DNA of 64,000 nucleotides, from the NCBI GenBank assembly GCA_965113315.1, contig OZ220370.1. One strand, written 5' to 3'. The translations under genes were made by a program, and so were the position numbers. The notes under the pieces are model-generated. The model did no database searches, was not told the DNA's origin, and was given only the letters and a program-made list of their open reading frames with translations. This document shows, piece by piece, positions 38,502-49,379 of this stretch. How positions within the stretch are numbered: the first letter of the stretch is position 1; each line of letters begins with the position of its first letter. This DNA is from Podarcis vaucheri. Its lineage: Eukaryota.

Positions 38502-38747
38502 CTTGCACAACATAGATTATATAGTAGTGAGTAACTGCTCTCCGGGAGCCATAAATGCAAAGGAAGCATACAAAGAGAAAGGAAACTGATCTTCATTTCA
38601 GGCAAATCTTCCAAAAGGCCACAGTCCATTAAAAAATATAGCAAAAGAAATGAATAATTGTATTGGGGATATATAACAGACACATAACAGACAACGTCGA
38701 AAGAACCACCTTGCATCATATATCTGACTGGAAGTAAGGCTGGGAGA

Positions 38748-41189
38748 ATGGAAATGCCCCTCAAGATCAGGCAGGTTTGGTCTTTCCCCCTGTATCTCTG
38801 TGCATGCATAGCAATGTGTGAGTCCTTCCGCTATTCAGTGGCAGAGGAGGAGAAAAGTGGGTCTCTGGTAGCAAATGTGCTGAAGGATTTGAGAGTGGAT
38901 GCAAAGGAGCTGTCTGCTCGGAGAGCCCGGCTGGTTTCTAAGAGCTCCAAGCAGTATTTCCAGCTGGATCCTCATTCTGGGGATGTGACAGTAAAGGATA
39001 AAATTGATCGGGAGTCCCTGTGTGGTCAGAATGAACCATGTATTCTACTGTCTGAAATTGTGCTGGAAAAGCCATTGCAGCTACACAGAATTGAAGTTGA
39101 AATAGAAGATGTGAATGATAATTCCCCCAAATTCCTTAAAAATCAGTTTATTTATAAAATACCTGAGCAGACTCCTGTGGAAATCAGATTTCCTTTGGAG
39201 AGAGCAGAAGACCCTGACAAAGGAAAAAATACAGTTCAGAACTACACCCTTAGTCCTAATGAGCATTTTAGACTTGATGTGCAAAGTCACAGTGATGGTA
39301 GCAAACAAGCGGAATTGGTATTGGAGAAACAGTTGGACCGTGAGGTGAATTCACAGATTGCCCTGATTCTGTCATCTGTTGATGGAGGAATCCCAAGAAG
39401 AACTGGAACAGCCCAAATAATCATTGATGTTCTGGATAACAATGATAATTTCCCTCAATTTGAACAATCTGTGTACAAAGTAAAACTAATGGAAAACAGC
39501 CCACTGAATACACTGGTTGTAAAAGTTGAAGCAAGTGACAAAGATTTTGGTTCCTATGCAACTATAACTTATTCCTTCAGCCAGGTGGGGCAAACGGTAT
39601 TAAGATCCTTCACTTTAAACACACTTAATGGAGAACTTAGTGTTTCAGGGACAATTGATTATGAAGAAAACACAAATTATGAGATGAAAATCAGAGCTAC
39701 GGATGGAGGGGGACTTTCCTCTTACTGCAAAGTCATTGTGGACATTGAGGATGAGAACGACAATGCTCCAGAGATTACCATCACATCCATCACCAGTCCC
39801 TTACCTGAGGACTCTCCCCCAGACACAGTGGTGGCCCTTTTCAGTGTAACAGACATGGACTCTGGAGACAGTGGCAGAACTGCCTGCACCACTGAAGTCA
39901 ACCTGCCATTTGTGCTCAAACCCACAGAGAACAACTATTACCGGCTGGTGACCCAACAGTCACAGGACAGAGAACAAGCCTCTGAGTATAACATCACCAT
40001 CACAGCCACAGACAGGGGCTCTCCCAGACTCACTTCCACAAGAATACTTCATGTTGAAGTGTCAGATGTCAATGACAACCCTCCAGTGTTTGAAAAGCCA
40101 TTCTATGAAATGCAGTTAAGAGAAAACAATATTCCTGGTCTTCTGATCAATTCGGTCCATGCTGTTGATCTGGACACAGCGCAGAATGCCAAAGTGACCT
40201 ACTCGCTTTTGCCTGGGAAGGTCAATGATGGCCCCACATCCTCTTACATCTCCATCAACTCTGAAACCGGGAACCTGTATGCCATTCGGTCTCTGGATTA
40301 TGAGGAAGTACAAGATTTCCAGGTGACGGTGAGGGCTGTGGATTCAGGTTCCCCTCCACTGAGCTCAGAGGTTCCCATCCGTGTTCAGGTCGTGGATGAA
40401 AATGACAATGCCCCCTTCATCCTCTACCCTCTCCAGAATGGCACTTCCCCCTCGAATGACCTGGTTCCCCGAGGGGCAGAGACTGGCTACCTGGTCACCA
40501 AGGTGGTGGCTGTGGACAGGGATTCTGGCCAGAACTCTTGGCTTTCCTACCAGCTGTTGAAGGCCACAGAACCGGGTCTGTTCACGGTGGGGGCCCAGAA
40601 TGGAGAAGTGACCACCCTGAGGCCGGTCAGCAACCGAGACAGCTTCAAGCAGAATCTGATTGTGGTGGTCCGAGACAACGGCCATCCTCCCCAGTCCACC
40701 TCTGCCACGCTCAGAATCCTTCTAGTGGACGGCTTCTCTGACCCTTATCTGAAAAGTGTGGCTCTCCCAAAGGAGGAAACAGCGGAGGAGGAAGACCCCA
40801 GCCTGACGATGTATTTGATCATCTGCTTGGCTGCCAAGTCAAGCATCTTTCTCATTTCTGTAGTGGCCTTTGTTGTAATCAAGTTGCAGAAACGTGAAAA
40901 GTTCATAGGAACCTACAACTCTGGAGCCAATTTCCCGGTGGGACCTGATTCCCAGGAGATCTCTGCGGATTCTGGTGCTGGATCTCTATCCCAGGCTTAC
41001 AACTATGAGGTGTGCTTAGCTGGTGGGTCTCTGAACAGCGAGTTCAGGTTTCTCAGGTCCCTGTTTCCTGTTTTCTCTGTGGAGCCTCCTAACACTCAGG
41101 TGAATCCAAGGAGTTCCAATGATTCTCAAGAGCTCCCCAGTCAAGTAGAGGAATGTAAAGATAATATCCAGGTAAGAAAAGTATTTTAA
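38748..41189 (+). CDS. PCDHB: Clustered protocadherin beta-like, gene 1 (large exon; probable donor after 41171)
   Basis: Signal peptide, six cadherin repeats (DxNDNxP, LDRE, DGG), DNAPFILYPLQN, YLVTKVVAVD.DSGQN.WLSYQLLKATEPGLF, TM segment and beta-type cytoplasmic GSLSQAYNYEVCLAGGS..SEFRFL. Confidence 0.95.
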   Translation: MEMPLKIRQVWSFPLYLCACIAMCESFRYSVAEEEKSGSLVANVLKDLRVDAKELSARRARLVSKSSKQYFQLDPHSGDVTVKDKIDRESLCGQNEPCILLSEIVLEKPLQLHRIEVEIEDVNDNSPKFLKNQFIYKIPEQTPVEIRFPLERAEDPDKGKNTVQNYTLSPNEHFRLDVQSHSDGSKQAELVLEKQLDREVNSQIALILSSVDGGIPRRTGTAQIIIDVLDNNDNFPQFEQSVYKVKLMENSPLNTLVVKVEASDKDFGSYATITYSFSQVGQTVLRSFTLNTLNGELSVSGTIDYEENTNYEMKIRATDGGGLSSYCKVIVDIEDENDNAPEITITSITSPLPEDSPPDTVVALFSVTDMDSGDSGRTACTTEVNLPFVLKPTENNYYRLVTQQSQDREQASEYNITITATDRGSPRLTSTRILHVEVSDVNDNPPVFEKPFYEMQLRENNIPGLLINSVHAVDLDTAQNAKVTYSLLPGKVNDGPTSSYISINSETGNLYAIRSLDYEEVQDFQVTVRAVDSGSPPLSSEVPIRVQVVDENDNAPFILYPLQNGTSPSNDLVPRGAETGYLVTKVVAVDRDSGQNSWLSYQLLKATEPGLFTVGAQNGEVTTLRPVSNRDSFKQNLIVVVRDNGHPPQSTSATLRILLVDGFSDPYLKSVALPKEETAEEEDPSLTMYLIICLAAKSSIFLISVVAFVVIKLQKREKFIGTYNSGANFPVGPDSQEISADSGAGSLSQAYNYEVCLAGGSLNSEFRFLRSLFPVFSVEPPNTQVNPRSSNDSQELPSQVEECKDNIQVRKVF

Positions 41190-41299
41190 TACTTTTCATA
41201 TAGTTATGTTCAGTTTATCTATTATTTGCTCTCAACAAGTCTTTGATTTCTAAGCCTGAATGCAATGAATTCTTAGAAGTCTGGAAATGATCAGTAGCT

Positions 41300-42040
41300 T
41301 GTCCATTGCATACAGTCATTCTCCTTTTAAGTATAATAGAAAAGGACACCAGAGTGAACAACAGAAACTTCTACTTTGAGGAGATACAGCTTCCTTTTTA
41401 TTAAAAGTCACTAGGGATGGACGAATAATTCAATTTTAGTAGCTCTCAGTTTCTCATTTTTCCAATTTTACATTCAGGTCACCATATTTCCACAAAAAAA
41501 AATTGGAGTTAAGACCTCACAAAAATTCAGCAGTATTTTAGTGACATTTCTCCCAATATACATACATACATACATACATACATACATACAGGTTTTTTGC
41601 AAGCAATTTCCCTAATATAGTGTCTTTTTATATGTTATTTTCACATTATGCATGCTTTCCTCTTATATGCCCATTTCTGTACAAAATGGTCGGATAATTG
41701 CATTAGAGAATTCAGAGAAATGTGATTTTTGAAGGGCAGCTCTGTTTTGCTTCATATTTTTTTTTGCAACAGTGATTTAGGTTGGTTCATATTAGAATAT
41801 GAAAGAAAATAAATTTCTCCCACTTCCCTAACAGTCACTGTCAATAACTATTATGAACTTGTGAACCACAGTCCTTTGGACAGAACGATACTCACTGAAG
41901 GCATGACCACTGATGATGTTCTATGGTTCAGTTCAATAAGAATGACTTATGCTCAAGTCTTAAGAGAACAAGACAATTCTCCAGTGTTTGAGAGATCATT
42001 GTAAAAGTGTGGGGAAATTAATACCCTAGGCATGATGATC
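41300..42040 (+). pseudogene. Pcdh relic (EC4 to start of EC5), split by a MITE
   Basis: Translates CPLHTVILLLSIIEKD...QLPFLLKVT[MITE]VNNYYELVNHSPLDR...QDNSPVFERSL*, aligning with SPLDTVVALFTVTDRD...NLPFALKRTMDNYYQLVVQSPLDRE...NDNPPVFEKS. Confidence 0.8.
41412..41830. mobile_element. hAT-like MITE containing (TACA)n
   Basis: Ends tagggatgg / ccacttcccta; 8-bp TSD aaagtcac / acagtcac; related partial copy at about 61157-61429. Confidence 0.7.
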
Positions 42041-42049
42041 AAGGGATTT

Positions 42050-44160
42050 GATATTTGTTTTCAATTCTGTCTTCTATAGTTTTTAAAGTTACTGTACAAG
42101 TGGCTCAAATTATTTTTCTGGATCTTTCAGAATTAGCACAGTGTCATCTGCATACAAACTTATTTTTAAGTGTTTTGTTAATATTGTCAATCCTTTATTT
42201 ATGTGACCAGTCTAACAGCTTTGGCCATAAGTTCCACAGATAATTAAATAGTAACCTCAATAATTGGCATTCCTATCTAGTGCATCTATTTAATTTAAAT
42301 GTTTCTGATTGTACTTTGTCTGTTTTGAAGCAGTAGGGTTTGAAAACATTATAATCCAGGAGATTAAAGTAGTGTGATTAAAGTAGTGTCCACTTACATT
42401 ATGTGCAGCTCTCAGAATAGATCACTCCATTTTATCAAATGCTTTATCTGTATGGATTGTTTCCTTATTCTGGAAATAATGTTAAGTAGTTACTTGACCC
42501 AAGTTGATAACTTTCAAACCGATGAACACTATACTAAATTAAGTGGGGGTTTTTAGTAGCATCAACTCTTTGTAATATTGTTTGTCCTTTTATGTTGTTG
42601 CACCACATCTTTAATCTGTGTTATTAACTCATTAATGGTTTTTTTTCCTTTTTTGAAATATGCAGCTTTTTGTTTGATTTTTCTTGTGGTGACTGCTTTG
42701 AAGACCTCCCAGTTTGTTACAGGACAGTCTTCTGGGGAATTATTAAAATATGCTTCAATTATCAGTTTTATTGTCAGAACAAACTCTAAATTAAACATTA
42801 ACATATTGTCTAGGTGCCCTTCAGTGGTATATCTTCCAAACTTTCAAATGCTTGTAACAACAACAACAGCAACAGCAAAATAAATGTTTTGTCCTGTATT
42901 TGCTTACATCACTTTCTGAGTTAACCACGCGGATGTAAAAAATAAATAAATTATTGAGTGATTTCATAAAATGTGTAATCTTTCTCCTTTGGTTGAAACT
43001 GCCACAAGGTTTGTACCAGAAAAACTTGTGTAATTTTTTTTTTTAAGGGTTGGAATTACTCCTTAAAAAAAGGAGTATTATTTTGTCCTGTCCAATTTTA
43101 AAAATTTGATTCAAATAAACCCTCCACCAAGTATAATTTCTTTGTCTAGGCTGGAAACAATTATGGCATTAATTTTGGGAATGCTTTTTGATTTTCATTT
43201 GACGCATAGATATGTCCAATCATTATTGACTTTCCACCCACTAAACCAGTGCCAAATATTTGTGCTGCATCTTTCATTGATTATACATTTAAAAAAAAAT
43301 AATGGATGGTTTTAATTCAAGATTGCAATCCACTTTTCAACATAACAGGATGAAAAAAATATTATCTAGATTTTGAAGCATTGAAGTATATGTCTTCATC
43401 TTTTAATATAATTTACAGCAAAGGGGTTATCATAGTTTTTTCTTTATTTAGTGGTTTAGCAAATTTCAGATGCCTTCTGAATGAGTTCAACTCTAATGTT
43501 CAATGAAATAATCTTTACTTTAGTCATCTTTAAAGTTAAAGTAAAAAGGGTGAAATAAGGTTTCAGGGGAGAGGAAAAGGGAAAGATAAAGGCAATGCAT
43601 GTTAAAATGTTGACAGAAGGGATTTTTATGTGGAAATTTTGGGTTTATTCCAAAGGTGTCTTCAATGCTGACAGCACATCAAGCTGTAGAAAATCTTTTG
43701 AGGTGTCTTCCATACACACCTGATTTCTTCTTCTAATTATTATATTCTACCCATTTTATTACTTATATCCTCTTTATGTTCATGATATTCAGTTTAATTT
43801 CCAGGAAATGTGTTTTATGTTGATTCCCTTGCCCTGTTTTTAAGATTGCAAGTTTGTAATTGTAAATTGCAGTTTTTAAAGTTGCAATTTGTTCACTTTA
43901 AATTTAGCCAGAACAGTTTATCTTGGTTAATAAATAATTGACAGTTTTGGTTACAGAAGGGGAAAAGACAGTTCATTCAAATGTTAGTCTTCTGGGTGTT
44001 GTCTAATTGGTTAATTGATTAGTTGTATAGACAGAAAAGAGTGACAAATTTGGGGAGAGGTCTTTAGCAAGTTCTTCACAGTAGGTTAAGTACTTAAGAA
44101 TTCATGCATTGACTTGTGTAGGCAAAAAGAGTATCCAAACATTGATATTGCAACAAATGA
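42050..44160 (-). mobile_element. Highly degenerate L1 remnant
   Basis: ORF 42562-42804 YFNN...WEVFKAVTTRKI resembles the L1 ORF2 WEAFKA.IRG linker; strong T-rich strand bias. Confidence 0.6.
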
Positions 44161-46022
44161 ATTTGGAAAGTAGTCAAAATAAATGTTAGTAGAATAGGCC
44201 AGATCCCTATCGCCCCATCCTTGAAGGGCCAAATTTGACATGTGGCTGGGGCCACTCATCTGTCAATCACCTGTCACCATCTGTCATCAGGGGGCTGTTG
44301 GGACCCCAAAGCATACTTTGGGGCTGTTTGAAAGTCCTTACATAAACTGCTCTTCAGTTTTCATAGCTTTGAAGGGCTGTTTGCAAAAGTGCTTTCAAAT
44401 AGCCCATGTTTTGCACCTCAAGTGTAGAGTTCTTTCCTCTGACTCTCCTACACTCTACGAGTGTGACTACAAGTGTAGACTTGGCAGTCACACTTAACAC
44501 ACTGCGGAAATATGTGCAATGATGCTTGACTTAGTGACTTTGCTGGTTTTTATATCAAGCAGCTGGATGTTCTTTGTTTGGAGAGTTTGTTTTCTGCCCA
44601 GTTCTATTGATGTTGCTGCAGGCACTGGCTATGCAGGCAGAAACAAACAAACAAAACAAAAAAGGAGGTGTGCAATAGAGGGAGTGAGTAAAGTATTTCC
44701 ATTGCTCTCTGAGTCTGATCAAGGCTGTCAATATATTGTTTTCTTTTACAAACACTTTAATGACATTGCTTCCAGTCAGGCAAGGGGGAAGAAGGACATG
44801 CCCCCTTCCAGATTGAATCCTGACCATTATTTCTTAAGGCAACAAATCACTTGTACTCGGCCATCTCTTTAGTTACTGAAAGACCCAACCTCCCAGGGAA
44901 TCTGCAAGCTTAAGATTGTCCAACCAGGTCATCATCTTCTGAAGAATAATGGGGATGGAGAGCATCACTAAAACCAATTTAGTTGAACTCCAATTCTGTA
45001 ACACTATTAAATAAATCAAACACATGCAAGAGACATTTCTGACCTTCAAGGGGCTATTTATTGCTGTAACATCTTTCTGTGAATGTGATTCTAGCTTTCT
45101 GGAACCATTAATTACCGGTATATATATATATTACCAGCCATTTGAATAATAAAAGGAAATCTGGTTTTGAGACCTGAGGAGTGATGACTACGTCTAGATT
45201 TCTTTGGTGGAAAGATCACACCCATCTGTTATCAATATGTATTGTATTAATATTGCTACCTCTGCTATGGATATTATGCAAGACTGCTGTGGTCCAATTT
45301 GGATTTCATATATTTCAATTGTGGTTTATATTTGATTATTGATTTTTTTTTTGTTTAAATCTATTTATATAAATTGAGTAGATTTATTTTTTTTAAACCC
45401 ACAGAATTAGATCTATGAGGCTGGCAGTGTCTTTGATTCCACCTCCCATCCTTTAATAAGATACTGAATCACTTGAGAAGCTGATTTTAATATTAAGGAC
45501 AGTTTCAAAACATATTTGTAAACTGGCATGTAAGACAAATGTTCAGATGGAAGGGGAGCAAAAAATTCCACTAGCTTAGCATAATTCTATCTCTTCTCCC
45601 CACCCACCATGAACCTTATGTTAGTTCAGAATTTATAAAATATTATTTTGGAAAATATTATGATGTTTAATCCACATGGCTAACAGAAAAACACCTTAAT
45701 CATTTTAGGTTATGAGTTGTCTGCCAGTATAAGAGAGATAAGTCTAAATTTACCACTTTTGTAGTAATCAGAGTGTATTTGAATACTTTATTCTTTGTAT
45801 CCAGATTGTGGGACATTTTGAAAACTGAATGCAAGGCACTCTGTCAGTCGGTCCCAGCAGTCTTCATGTGGGTGTGGGTGTATTATATAGGATATATATA
45901 TAATTATATAATGATATAAGTTAATAGACTACACGTTAGAAAACCTAAGGATTTCTAGATCTCCTAAAAGATCTGTGTAGGTTGGCAAGTGGTAACATCA
46001 ATGGAGTTGTATCACAATTCCA

Positions 46023-46037
46023 ACGCAAGGTGGTGCT
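46023..46037 (+). promoter_or_regulatory. Pcdh promoter CSE / forward CTCF motif (gene 2)
   Basis: acgcaaggtggtgct followed by attacacaacacaga, shared with the gene 4 promoter. Confidence 0.8.
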
Positions 46038-46267
46038 ATTACACAACACAGACCATATTATCAGAGAGCAAGTGCTCTCCCAAAGAGCTGCAGCCATTAG
46101 ACAAAGCAATCTTAAATAGATGCTCATTACAATCCAAAGGAACAGACCTCTGCATCTGTTTCAAAACAGCTAAGGACAGATTGGCCTTGCAGGTGTGTAA
46201 CTCATGAAAGGAAATTCTGGACAGATACTTCTTCTAATCTGAACTGACTGGAAGTGAAGCTGGAACA

Positions 46268-48697
46268 ATGGAAATGCACAAAAGGCAAGTTTTGAGTTTT
46301 GTTCTTTATTTCTGCATGTGTATTGCAACATGTGAAGCCATCCTTTATTCAGTGCCAGAGGAAAAGAAAAGTGGGTCTCTAGTAGCGAATGTGCTAAAAG
46401 ATTTGAAAGTGGATGCAAAGGAGCTGTCTGCTCGGAGAGCCCGGCTGGTTTCTAAGAGCTCCAAGCAGTATTTCCAGCTGGATCCACATTCTGGGGATTT
46501 GATATTAAAGGACAAAATAGACCGAGAGTCTCTGTGTGGTCAGAATGATCCTTGTCATCTACTCTCTGAAATTGTGCTTGAAAATCCATCACAGCTGCAG
46601 AGAATCAAAGTTCAAATACAGGATGTCAATGATAATACCCCTAAATTCTCAAAAATGAAATTCATTTTTGAAATACCTGAACAGGTACCAGTGAACACTC
46701 GATTCCCTTTGGAGAGAGCACAGGATTCAGATATAGGAGAAAATGCTGTACAAAATTACACACTTAGTCCTAATGAACATTTTAGACTAGATGTCCACAG
46801 GGATGGAAGCAAATATATAGAACTGGTTTTGGAGAAGCAGTTAGATCGTGAGGTAAACCCACAGATTACCATAATTCTTTCAGCTGTTGATGGAGGAATC
46901 CCAAGAAGAACTGGCACAGCACAAATAATCATTGATGTTCTGGATACTAATGATAATTTCCCTCATTTTCCACAATCTGTGTACAAAGTAAAACTAATGG
47001 AAAACAGCCCACTGAATATGCTGGTTGCAAAAGTTGAAGCAAGCGACAAAGATTTTGGCTCCTATGCAACTATAACATATTCCTTCAGTGAAGTGCCAGA
47101 AAATATGCTAAGATCATTCAACTTAAACAAAAACACTGGTGAAATTACCGTTTCAGGGACAATTGATTATGAAGAAAACACAAATTATGAGCTGCACGTC
47201 AGAGCTACGGATGGAGGAGGTCTTTCTGCTTACTGCAAAGTCATTGTGGATATTGAAGATGAGAATGACAATGCCCCAGAAGTAATAATCACATCTATCT
47301 ACAGCCCTTTGGCTGAGGACTCCCCCCCAGCCACAGTGGTGGCCTTCTTCAGTGTCACAGATGTGGACTCTGGGGACAGTGGCAGAACTGCCTGCACCAC
47401 TGAAGTCAACCTGCCATTTGTGCTCAAACCCACGGAGAACAACTATTACCAGCTGGTAACCCAACAACCACTGGACAGAGAACAAGCCTCTGAGTATAAC
47501 ATCACCATCACAGCCACAGACAGGGGCTCTCCCAGACTCACTTCCACAAGAATACTACATGTTCAAATCTCAGATGTCAATGACAACCCTCCAGTGTTTG
47601 AAAAGCCATTCTATGAAATGCAGTTAAGAGAAAACAATATTCCTGGTCTTCTGATCGGTTTCGTCCATGCTGTTGATCTGGACACAGCGCAGAATGCCAA
47701 AGTGACCTACTCGCTTTTGCCTGGGAAGGTCAATGATGGCCCCACATCCTCTTACATCTCCATCAACTCTGAAACGGGGAACCTGTATGCCATCCGGTCT
47801 CTGGATTATGAGGAAATACAAGATTTCCAGGTGACGGTGAGGGCTGTGGATTCAGGTTCCCCTCCACTGAGCTCAGAAGTTCCCATCCGCATTCAGGTCG
47901 TGGATGAAAATGACAATGCCCCCTTCATCCTCTACCCTCTCCAGAATGGCACTTCCCCCTCAAATGACCTGGTTCCCCGAGGGGCAGAGACTGGCTACCT
48001 GGTCACCAAGGTGGTGGCTGTGGACAGGGATTCTGCGCAGAACTCTTGGCTTTCCTACCAGCTGCTGAAGGCCACAGAGCCGGGTCTGTTCACGGTGGGG
48101 GCCCAGAATGGAGAAGTGACCACCCTGAGGCCGGTCAGCAACCGAGACAGCTTCAAGCAGAATCTGATTGTGGTGGTCCGAGACAACGGCCATCCTCCCC
48201 AGTCCACCTCTGCCACGCTCAGAATCCTCCTAGTGGACGGCTTCTCTGACCCTTATCTGAAAAGTGTGGCTCTCCCAAAGGAGGAAACAGTGGAGGAGGA
48301 AGACCCCAGCCTGACGATGTATTTGATCATCTGCTTGGCTGCCATCTCAAGCATCTTTCTCATTTCTGTAGTGGCCTTTGTTGTAATCAAGTTGCAGAAA
48401 CGTGAAAAGTTCATAGGAACCTACAACTCTGGAGCCAATTTCCCAGTGGGACCTGATTCCCAGGAGAACTCTGCGGATTCTGGTGCTGGATCTCTATCCC
48501 AGGCTTACAACTATGAGGTGTGCTTAGCTGGTGGGTCTCTGAACAGCGAGTTCAGGTTTCTCAGGCCCCTATTTCCTGTTTTCTCTGTCGAGCCTCCTAA
48601 CACTCAGGTGAATCCAAGGAGTTCCAATGATTCTGAAGGTGTCCCCAGTCATGGAGGTGAAAGTCAAAACATTATCCAGGTGAGAGAACTATTTTAA
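46268..48697 (+). CDS. PCDHB: Clustered protocadherin beta-like, gene 2 (probable donor after 48679)
   Basis: Same domain architecture and beta-type cytoplasmic motif as gene 1; 809-aa ORF. Confidence 0.95.
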   Translation: MEMHKRQVLSFVLYFCMCIATCEAILYSVPEEKKSGSLVANVLKDLKVDAKELSARRARLVSKSSKQYFQLDPHSGDLILKDKIDRESLCGQNDPCHLLSEIVLENPSQLQRIKVQIQDVNDNTPKFSKMKFIFEIPEQVPVNTRFPLERAQDSDIGENAVQNYTLSPNEHFRLDVHRDGSKYIELVLEKQLDREVNPQITIILSAVDGGIPRRTGTAQIIIDVLDTNDNFPHFPQSVYKVKLMENSPLNMLVAKVEASDKDFGSYATITYSFSEVPENMLRSFNLNKNTGEITVSGTIDYEENTNYELHVRATDGGGLSAYCKVIVDIEDENDNAPEVIITSIYSPLAEDSPPATVVAFFSVTDVDSGDSGRTACTTEVNLPFVLKPTENNYYQLVTQQPLDREQASEYNITITATDRGSPRLTSTRILHVQISDVNDNPPVFEKPFYEMQLRENNIPGLLIGFVHAVDLDTAQNAKVTYSLLPGKVNDGPTSSYISINSETGNLYAIRSLDYEEIQDFQVTVRAVDSGSPPLSSEVPIRIQVVDENDNAPFILYPLQNGTSPSNDLVPRGAETGYLVTKVVAVDRDSAQNSWLSYQLLKATEPGLFTVGAQNGEVTTLRPVSNRDSFKQNLIVVVRDNGHPPQSTSATLRILLVDGFSDPYLKSVALPKEETVEEEDPSLTMYLIICLAAISSIFLISVVAFVVIKLQKREKFIGTYNSGANFPVGPDSQENSADSGAGSLSQAYNYEVCLAGGSLNSEFRFLRPLFPVFSVEPPNTQVNPRSSNDSEGVPSHGGESQNIIQVRELF

Positions 48698-49159
48698 TTC
48701 TTTTAGTATGGTTTCATTTCAAACTGTATCTGCTACTTTCTTGATGCATATCATCCAGGAGAAAGTCAACATATGATTCAGGTGAGAATATTCCTTTCAG
48801 AGTTTTCATATATTCAATTTTAAGATGTATAATATTGGGGGCAAAAAGCTCTGTTGGGAGTTATTTGTGTCATGGTCGTTTCTTGCTTAAATATTATCCT
48901 CATATTACATTATCACTGTGGGAGGCAGAGGTCATTCACCATAATCTGGAGGCATAAAAACTGTTTGTTGAATCTACACTATTTCAAGTAGGAGAGAGGT
49001 CATGGATTTTGTTACAGGTAATGGTAATTGTAGCTTTGTGACAGTTAAACTACAGTTCCAGGTATTATTTGAGGGAAAGCAACATGGTGCTAATGTGAGA
49101 CCATCAAGTTTAACAAACATAGAATGAAAAACATAGTCCATAGTCCTTTCATTACACAT

Positions 49160-49174
49160 CCACATGGTGGCAGT
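49160..49174 (+). promoter_or_regulatory. Pcdh promoter CSE / forward CTCF motif (gene 3)
   Basis: ccacatggtggcagt about 210 bp upstream of the ATG. Confidence 0.8.
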
Positions 49175-49379
49175 ATGCACAAACACAACATTTGGAACTC
49201 AGAATTCTGTTTTCTAAAGAAACGTCTGCAACAAGAAGACAGCCAGTCTTTGACTGTGATTAAGAAAAAGGAGCCAGAAGCAGCACCAAATTTATTTCTA
49301 CAACAGCAGAGATTATCATTGGATGACTATCAGAAAGTACATATTTTGAACACACATTGAAGAGGCAGATTCCTGAACC

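Noticed and set aside
40116-40741. Repeated antisense and alternate-frame ORFs inside the Pcdh genes (also 47624-48249, 59877-60253)
   Set aside because: They recur only because the paralogs are near-identical at DNA level.
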